Positions 55,406 to 62,515 of a stretch of DNA of 64,000 nucleotides are shown piece by piece. Numbering within the stretch: position 1 is the stretch's first letter; every line of letters starts with the position of its first letter. Under the pieces are notes generated by a model. That model saw only the letters and a list, made by a program, of their open reading frames with translations. It did no database searches and was not told the DNA's origin. Location of the stretch: NCBI GenBank assembly GCA_963840335.1, contig CAWIYP010000003.1:4760-68759 (forward strand). The letters run 5' to 3'. Source of the stretch: an uncultured Chloroflexia bacterium. GTDB taxonomy: Bacteria > Chloroflexota > Ktedonobacteria > Ktedonobacterales > JADMIN01. A program made the position numbers and the translations under genes.

Positions 55406-55756
55406 CTACTCTGGGCGCACCGCGGCGCCGAAGTCGAGGAATACGCAGGGGTCATCGCCGACGACCCAGCCGTCGTGGCCAGGAGGGATGGTCGCGAGAT
55501 CGCCTGGCCCGATTTCCAGCGCTGTACCATCGGCCAGGACGACATGCGTCCGACCGGAGAGCACATAGAGGAAGTGGTTGACCTGGCAGAGGTCCGTCCC
55601 AGCCATTGGCTTGATGTCTTGGCTCCAGCGCCAGCCGGGTTGATAGGTAATGCGCGTAACGACCCGGTCGCCGAATTTCACCGATTCCATCGTGGTATTG
55701 GGTGGGTCGCGCCGCTCATCAGGCGAGTTGAAGTTCTTCTTCGCGAGGCTTGTCAT
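55406..55756 (-). CDS. Cupin-domain protein
   Basis: 116 aa. Reads HFLYVLSGRTHVVLADGTALEIGPGDLATIPPGHDGWV. Confidence 0.8.
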   Translation of the reverse strand: MTSLAKKNFNSPDERRDPPNTTMESVKFGDRVVTRITYQPGWRWSQDIKPMAGTDLCQVNHFLYVLSGRTHVVLADGTALEIGPGDLATIPPGHDGWVVGDDPCVFLDFGAAVRPE

Positions 55757-55760
55757 GAGA

Positions 55761-57512
55761 CTACCCTTTCACGCTGCGACAAACAATCTCCCACGGCCAG
55801 AGGTCTAGAGTGGAGCGGCGCCGTTCTACACGCTGCGCATACCCGCCGCTCATCCGCCTGTAGTATCCACGCGCATCCGGGCCACCGCTATCAGCAATAG
55901 CATGCAGTGGCGCGTGCCTGGCGGCGGGCACGCGCTCACCCCGCCTGCGTGCCCAGTCCTTCAGCAGGGCCTGGGCGGCGTTGTGGCCGGGGGCGCCCAT
56001 CACGCCGCCGCCGGGATGGCAGCCGGAGCCGCAGAGGTAGAGGCCGCCGACGGGTGTGCGGTAGCGGGCGACTTCCGGCGCGGGGCGCAGCGAGAAGAGC
56101 TGGTCGGGCGTGATCTCGCCCTGGAAGATGTTGCCGTTGGGCAGGCCGTAGCGCGCCTCGATGTCCACTGGGCTGAGCATCTGGCGGTCAATGACGGCGT
56201 CGGCGAAGTTGGGCGCGAAGCGCGTCATCGTGGCGATGATGCGGTCGGCCATGTCGTTGCGCTCCTCGTCGCGTCCACTCGCGGTCCTTCAGGTGGTAGG
56301 GCGCGTACTGGCAGAACATCGAGATGGTGTGGTAGCCCTGCGGCGCCACGGTGGGGTCGGTGGACGGACTGCATGTACGCCTCGATCCACGGCTTGCGCG
56401 AAAGCTCGCCGTGCGCGGCGTCCTCGTAGGCGGTCTGCACCCAGTCTGGCGTCGGGCTGATCTCGCAGGAGCCGAAGTGCTGGAGGCCGGGCGCTGTCCC
56501 GGGCAGGCAGGTGAAGCTGGGCAGCTCGCGCAGGGCGATGTTGAGCTTGAAGATGGCGCTATCGGTCTTGAACTGGCTGATGCGGCGCAGGAAGTCGGCG
56601 TCGAGTCCGGCGTCGTCGCAGAAGCGCTGGAAGGTCGTCTTGGGGTCCACATTCGAGAGCACGGCGTCCGCGCGTAGCTCCTCGCCACCCTCCAGCCGCA
56701 CGCCCTCGACCCGCCCGTTGTTGATCAGCAGCTCCTTGACGCGCGTGTTCAGGCGAATCTGCGCGCCGTGGGCCTCAGCGCTGGCGGCCATCGCGTAGCT
56801 GATGCGCCCCATGCCGCCGCGCACGTAGCCCCACATGCCCTTCTCGCCATTGACCTCGCCGAACATGTGGTGCCACATGACGTAGACCGAGCCGGGCGTC
56901 TTCGGGCCGATGAACGCGCCGATGACGCCCTGCCCCGCGAAGGCCGCGCGCATGTAGTCCGACTCGAAGTAGTCGGCCAGCATGTCGTAGAGCGAGCCGA
57001 ACATCAGCCGCCGGTAGATTTCCTCATCCTCGCCCTTGAAGCGCGCGGCGAGGTCGGCGACCGACTGGCGGCTCCTCCAGCAGGATGGGGTTGAGGATTT
57101 CGGAGGCGCGGTCGAAGAACTCCAGGAACTTCGGGTAGATCTCGGCGTCGTGCGGCGAGAGCCGGCGAATGCTCTTCGATCGTCTTCTCGGTGCTGGCGC
57201 GGAAGAAGAGATGCTCGCCATCGAGGATAGCGGCACGAACATCTGCGGGTCTTTGACGTAGGCGTCGAAGCCGTATTTATGCAGCTCCAGATCGCGGATG
57301 ATCTCTGGCCGCAGCAGGCTGACGACGTAGGCGCAGGGTGACATGGTGAAGCCGGGGAACGGCTCCTCCAGCGTGCAGGCGCCGCCGACGCGGTCGCGCT
57401 GCTCCACGACGAGCACGCGCTTGCCCGCCCGCGCCAGATAGCCCGCCGCGACCAGTCCATTGTGTCCCGCGCCGATGATGATCGCGTCCCAGTGGTCGTG
57501 CTGTGTCGCCAT
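55761..57512 (-). pseudogene. Phytoene-desaturase-family (CrtI-like) NAD(P)/FAD oxidoreductase with at least five frameshifts
   Basis: Conserved segments are spread over three frames: WDAIIIGAGHNGLVAAGYLARAGKRVLVVEQRDRVGGA; AILDGEHLFFRASTEKT; IRRLSPHDAEIYPKFLEFFDRASEILNPILLEE; SVADLAARFKGEDEE...GMWGYVRGGMG...; DPTVAPQGYHTISMFCQYAPYHL; MADRIIATMTRFAPNF...LYLCGSGCHPGGGVMGAPGHNAA. Frame changes occur near 57228, 57170, 57065, 56345 and 56270. Confidence 0.8.
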
Positions 57513-57669
57513 TGCCTGGTCGCTCCCTTCTCGCCTCGCGCGGGTCGCGTCATCGCGCCGCGTTGTGGGCATTCTATCAGATGCGGGCCAGCCCGCGAGA
57601 GATGCTATACTGCAACTTGGCTGGCGAGTAATGGTATTGAACGATTGCGAGGCGGCTGGCAGTTGATGC

Positions 57670-57855
57670 GGTTGAACGAATTGATGGGGATACGGCGCGC
57701 GGGAGCCGAGGCGGGTAAAGCCGCGGCTAAGGGCGTGCGCGCCACGAAGCCCGCCGACGCGGGCCGGGTCCTGGCGTTCGATTTTTAGTCTGCGCAGGCG
57801 GACTTCGCGGCGGAACGCCCTCCAGGCGCGGCTTGAGCCGCCAGCCGTCCCCCAG
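57670..57855. repeat. Composite palindromic repeat (A-type arm + short loop + B-type arm)
   Basis: A arm is at 57670-57768 (GGTTGAACGAATTGATGGGGATACGGCGCGCGGGAGCCGAGGCGGGTAAAGCCGCGGCTAAGGGCGTGCGCGCCACGAAGCCCGCC...). B arm is at 57786-57855, in reverse orientation. Confidence 0.8.
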
Positions 57856-57920
57856 CCACGCTCCCATCACTCGCCCGCCACTGAAGCTATCCTCATCTCA
57901 CTATTGGCAGGGCGCGCTCA

Positions 57921-59867
57921 ATGAGTCTCATCGGTGTCGCGGGGCATGTGGATCACGGCAAGTCGACGCTCGTCATGGCGCTGACGGGCATTGACCCTGA
58001 CCGACTCGCCGAGGAAAAGGCGCGTGGCATGACCATCGACCTCGGCTTCGCGTGGCTCACGCTCCCCGGCGGGCGCGAGGTCAGCGTGGTGGATGTGCCG
58101 GGCCATGAGGCCTTCATCAAGAACATGCTCGCGGGCGTCGGCAGCCTGGATGCCGCGCTGCTGGTCATCGCCGCCGATGAGGGCGTGATGCCGCAGACGG
58201 CGGAGCATCTGGCCATCCTCGATCTGCTGCGCGTGGGCAGCGGCGTCGTCGCGCTGAACAAGGCTGATCTGGTCGAGCCGGACTGGCTGGAGCTGGTGCG
58301 CGCGGAGGTCGAGGAGGTGTTGGCGCCGACCACGCTGGCGGGCGCGCCGATCATTCCCTGCTCCGCTGTGACGGGCGCCGGGCTGCCGGAACTGCTGGCC
58401 GCGCTCGCCGCTGCGCTGGAGCATGCCCCCGCGCGCCGCGACCTGGGGCGTCCGCGTCTGAGCGTGGATCGCGTCTTCACCATCACCGGCTTCGGCGTGG
58501 TCGTCACGGGCGCGCTACAGGATGGCGCGCTGGCCGTGGGGCAGGAGGTCGAGCTGCTGCCCTCGCAGCGCCGCGCGCGCATTCGCGGCCTCCAGACGCA
58601 CAAGCGCAAGATCGAGCGCGGCGAGCCGGGCGCGCGGCTGGCGGTGAATCTCGCTGGCGTGGAGAAGAGCGACCTCGCGCGCGGCGACATCCTCTCGCTG
58701 CCGGGGCGGCTGCGGACGACGCAGACCATCGATGTGCGGCTGGAGACGCTGGCCAGCGCGGCGCGTCCCATCGCGCACAATGCCATGCTCGACCTCTATC
58801 TGGGCGCCGCCGAGACCCAGGCCCGCGTCATCCTGCTGGACACCGAGGCGCTGGCGCCGGGCGCGTCCGGCTGGGCGCAGTTGCGGCTAGCGCGGCCCTT
58901 CGTCGCGGCGCGGGGCGACCGCTTCATCCTGCGGACGCCTTCGCCGAGCGAGACGGTTGGCGGTGGGGTGGTGGTCGAGCCAGCCGCGCGGCGGAGGCGC
59001 CGCTTCGATCCCGCGACCATCGCCCGGCTGGAGTTGCTGGCGCGCGGCGATCCGGCGGACGTGACGCTGACGGCGCTGCGAGGCGAGCGCCGCGCGACCA
59101 CGGCGAAGGCTCAGCGCGCCGAGAGCTTCGCTGGGCGCGCCGAGGCTGACCTGCCGCAGGCGACAGGGTTGCCAGCGGAGGATGTGGCCGACGCGCTGGC
59201 CGAGCTAGCGACACGCGAGCAGGCGCGACGCATCGGCGCGCAGTGGTACGCTACCAGCGAATGGCAGCGGCTGCGCACGGCGAGCGACACCGCGTTGGCG
59301 ACCTATCATGCGCGCTATCCGCTGCGCCCCGGCATGCCGCGCGAGGAGTGGCGCGCACGGCTGGGCATTCCCCCGCGCGAGGCGGCGGAGGTGGTGGCGG
59401 CGCTGGCGGCGGAGGGCGCGCTGGCCGAGGCGAGTGTCGCGGGGGCTGGCGGCGAGCGTCGCGGCTGGCTGCGGTCGCCAGAGCATCGCGCTGAGCCGAC
59501 GCCAGCGCAACGGGCGACGGTGGATGCCCTGCTGGCCCGCTTCGCCGCCGCGCCCTTCGCGCCGCCCACACGCGCGGAGGTGGAGGCCGAGCTGGGGCCA
59601 GAGCTGACGCAGGCGCTGCTCGACCGTGGCGAACTGGTACGGGTCAGCGAGAGCATCGTCCTGACCCCCGCCGCGTTGGCCGAGGCGACCCGGCGCATCG
59701 TCGCGCATCTGCGCGCCCATGAGACGATCACCGTGGCCGAGGCGCGCGACCTGCTCGACACAACGCGCAAGTATATGCTCGCCATCTTCGAGTATCTCGA
59801 CGAACAGCGCATCACCGAGCGGCGTGGCGACGACCGCGCGCTGGGTAGCGCGGCGGTGGGTGGATGA
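57921..59867 (+). CDS. selB: Selenocysteine-specific translation elongation factor
   Basis: G domain motifs GHVDHGKSTL, DVPGHE and LNKADL. EF-Tu-like domains II and III. C-terminal winged-helix repeats (ITVAEARDLLDTTRKYMLAIFEYLDEQRIT). Confidence 0.92.
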   Translation: MSLIGVAGHVDHGKSTLVMALTGIDPDRLAEEKARGMTIDLGFAWLTLPGGREVSVVDVPGHEAFIKNMLAGVGSLDAALLVIAADEGVMPQTAEHLAILDLLRVGSGVVALNKADLVEPDWLELVRAEVEEVLAPTTLAGAPIIPCSAVTGAGLPELLAALAAALEHAPARRDLGRPRLSVDRVFTITGFGVVVTGALQDGALAVGQEVELLPSQRRARIRGLQTHKRKIERGEPGARLAVNLAGVEKSDLARGDILSLPGRLRTTQTIDVRLETLASAARPIAHNAMLDLYLGAAETQARVILLDTEALAPGASGWAQLRLARPFVAARGDRFILRTPSPSETVGGGVVVEPAARRRRRFDPATIARLELLARGDPADVTLTALRGERRATTAKAQRAESFAGRAEADLPQATGLPAEDVADALAELATREQARRIGAQWYATSEWQRLRTASDTALATYHARYPLRPGMPREEWRARLGIPPREAAEVVAALAAEGALAEASVAGAGGERRGWLRSPEHRAEPTPAQRATVDALLARFAAAPFAPPTRAEVEAELGPELTQALLDRGELVRVSESIVLTPAALAEATRRIVAHLRAHETITVAEARDLLDTTRKYMLAIFEYLDEQRITERRGDDRALGSAAVGG

Positions 59868-59910
59868 GGGGTGAAGGACAGGCAGCAGCGTCGCGTATCG
59901 GCGAGGCGTA

Positions 59911-60178
59911 GGGGCGGGTAAACCCGCGTCTAAGGGCGTGCGCGCCACGAAGCCCGCCTGCGCGGGCTGGGCCTTGGCGAGTATTAGCGCGCAGACGCAT
60001 GCGGTTTGTCTTGCGCCACTTGGCTGCTTGGTCGTCTGTGTGAATGAGCGCTCCGACACCGTGAAGACCTGACGCAGAACGACCCTCGTCCAATGTAAGG
60101 CGCCGGTCCGCCGGAACCCAGGCCGCGTCGGCGGCCTTCGTGGCGCGCACGCCCTTAGCCGCGGGTTTACCCGCCCCC
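59911..60178. mobile_element. MITE-like A-type element: ~63-nt terminal inverted repeats around a 141-nt core
   Basis: 59911-59973 reads GGGGCGGGTAAACCCGCGTCTAAGGGCGTGCGCGCCACGAAGCCCGCCTGCGCGGGCTGGGCC. It is nearly identical to the reverse complement of 60115-60178. The element fills most of the gap between selB and the kinase gene. Confidence 0.75.
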
Positions 60179-60224
60179 CTTGGCGCTATTTCGTTAATCC
60201 TCATCACTCGCCCCGCCCTCGACG

Positions 60225-61604
60225 CTATTTGCCCGCCTGCGCCATGCTCTCCTCATCCTCTTCGTCGTCGGGGCTGGCGAGCGGGAGGGTGAACGAGAAG
60301 ACGCTGCCGTGGCCCACGCGGCTCTCAGCCCAGATGCGTCCGCCGTGCAATTCGACGAGGTGGCGGGCGATGGCCAGGCCCAGGCCTGTGCCCGCCGCCG
60401 CCTGCGCCTGCGAACCAGCCGCCGCATTGGGGCTTTCTTCGCTGCCTGGGCGCACCTCAGCTTGCGCCACCGCCAGCCGCCGTGTGCGGGCGCGATCCGC
60501 CTTGAAGAAACGCTCGAAGACGCGCGGCAGGTCGTAATCGCTGATGCCGACCCCATTGTCTGTCACGCGCGTCACCAGCATTGGTCGCGATGTGCGGGTG
60601 TGCGCGCCCGATGCGCTGAGTGAGACGGGCGCCGCCTCCTCGATAACCTCAGCCGAAACCGTCACCTGCCCCCCGGGATTCGTATATTTCAGGCCGTTGT
60701 GGATCAGGTTGACCAGCACCTCGTTGATGCGCTCACCATCGCAGAGCGCGTCAGGCAGCGGCTCCGGGAGGTTGACGGTCAGCAAGACGCCGCGCTCTTC
60801 GCTCAGGGGGCGCATCAGATCAATCACCACCTCGATCAGGGCCGCCATATCGGTTGGCTCGGCGCGCAGGGTGATCTTCCCCGACTCGATGCGCGAAAGC
60901 TCCAGCAGCTCCGCGACCATCTGCGCCAGGTGCTCCGTCTCGGCGGAGATGCGCTGGGCAAAGCCACGCGCGGCGGGCGGGTCGCGGTCGATCGCCGTTT
61001 CCAGCGTATCGGACATCAACCGGATGGCCGCCAGCGGTGTGCGCAGTTCATGCGAGACATGCGAGACAAAATCGCGGCGAACCGTTTCGAGGCGCCGTAA
61101 CTCGGTGAGGTCTTCGATGGTGAGCGCGAGATCCGTCACCTCGCCGCCATCGTCGCCGCCCAGCCGCAGCGGTGTGACGGTGACGCGCCATGTCTGCCCG
61201 GTCGTCACGCGCTGGAAGGTGCGCTCGCGGCTCTCGCCGCGCCGCGCCGCCTGCGTCAGCAGTTGCATGGTGTCGTAGTCTTGCAGGACAGGCGCGGCGC
61301 CCCGCCCGATGACGTTCTCCGCCGCCTGCCCCAGCAACTCCAGCGCGGCGGGATTCGCGAAGAGGATGACGCGGTCGCGGCTGGTGACGATGACGGGGCG
61401 CGGGTAGGCGTCGAGCACGCCTGTCAGCATGACATTGGCGCGTGTGGCGGTGGCGCGCAAATGCTGATTCTCGCGGGCGGCGCTGGAGAAGAGGCTCTCG
61501 GCCCGCGCCCGTTGCTGGCTCGTGGTGTGAATCTGCGCCCAGGCGATGGCGGTGGTGATGAGTACCCCAAGAATGAAGGCCACCGCGATTGGGAAGAATG
61601 TCAT
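60225..61604 (-). CDS. PhoR-like sensor histidine kinase (TM, PAS, HisKA, HATPase_c) with no adjacent response regulator
   Basis: H box is FVSHVSHELRTPL. N box is LIHNGLKYT. G boxes are VTDNGVGIS and GTGLGLAIARHLVELHGG. Start at ATG 61604 (MTFFPIAVAF). There is a ~35-aa insertion before the G2 box. Confidence 0.88.
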   Translation of the reverse strand: MTFFPIAVAFILGVLITTAIAWAQIHTTSQQRARAESLFSSAARENQHLRATATRANVMLTGVLDAYPRPVIVTSRDRVILFANPAALELLGQAAENVIGRGAAPVLQDYDTMQLLTQAARRGESRERTFQRVTTGQTWRVTVTPLRLGGDDGGEVTDLALTIEDLTELRRLETVRRDFVSHVSHELRTPLAAIRLMSDTLETAIDRDPPAARGFAQRISAETEHLAQMVAELLELSRIESGKITLRAEPTDMAALIEVVIDLMRPLSEERGVLLTVNLPEPLPDALCDGERINEVLVNLIHNGLKYTNPGGQVTVSAEVIEEAAPVSLSASGAHTRTSRPMLVTRVTDNGVGISDYDLPRVFERFFKADRARTRRLAVAQAEVRPGSEESPNAAAGSQAQAAAGTGLGLAIARHLVELHGGRIWAESRVGHGSVFSFTLPLASPDDEEDEESMAQAGK

Positions 61605-61870
61605 GCTCGTACCCGACCCCGCATGGTTCGCAGCGCCGAGGCCCCATGTCCCCTTGCGCGCCCCACCACTGTAGCACATGGCGCGCTACGGGCGGTGACG
61701 GGGTTGATGCGTTTGTTTGCCATATTCCTATGTCCGCACCGAAACTTGACATATCTCAATGTGTCACATAAGCTGGCGCATAATAATACGCCTCGCCCGC
61801 TACTGCGTTAGTGATGGATGCGATATGGCATACAGCCGCGCGGAATGGGATAGAGGATGAGGAGGCAGCT

Positions 61871-62356
61871 ATGCGGATAGCGCTGCGCATCCTGGCCATT
61901 GTGAGCATCGCGTTGATTGCTGTTGGACTGACGATTTTGTATGGGAGTGGTGGTTTAGGGGACACCGACCCACGCTTTGGCGCATCAATTCTAGCGATGG
62001 GAATAGGCATTCTCGTTGGGATCGCCACCTTCATCGCTGGGCTGATTGCCACAGCGATGCGGCGACAGCTCGCCTGGATGGGCGGCCTTATCCTCGCTGA
62101 TGTGATTACTGTTTTCGGCCCAATCATCGCGTCCATCATGCTGAGCTACACAGTGAACCAGACACTTTCCTCGCCTGAATGCCAGAACGGCGCTCCTATC
62201 GCGCCGCAGTGTCAGCCCACGGCAATGCAAACATTCTTGCTCAACTTACCACAGTTACTTACTTTCACTGGCGTGATCCTGGCTAGCCTCATCGCTCTGG
62301 TCTACAGTTTCCGGATGTCTAGAACGCCTGTCGCGGTTCCAGTAGCTCGGACTTGA
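61871..62356 (+). CDS. Hypothetical membrane protein (4 TM) in a lower-GC stretch
   Basis: RBS GAGGAGG before ATG 61871. Hydrophobic segments ILAIVSIALIAVGLTIL, ILAMGIGILVGIATFIAGLIA, GGLILADVITVFGPIIASIML and TFTGVILASLIALVY. Confidence 0.6.
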   Translation: MRIALRILAIVSIALIAVGLTILYGSGGLGDTDPRFGASILAMGIGILVGIATFIAGLIATAMRRQLAWMGGLILADVITVFGPIIASIMLSYTVNQTLSSPECQNGAPIAPQCQPTAMQTFLLNLPQLLTFTGVILASLIALVYSFRMSRTPVAVPVART

Positions 62357-62515
62357 GAGTGACTGCCAGCCCCATCATACTGACATGGCTGGGCAGCGAT
62401 GGCATGAGAGTGGCTCCCCCTTCTCGCTTGCATTCCCCTCGCGCGTCTGCTAGGGTGAAGGCCAGCGCAAGTAGGCGCTGGTCGGCGGCGCGACAGGATT
62501 GCGGAGGGCGTGGGC

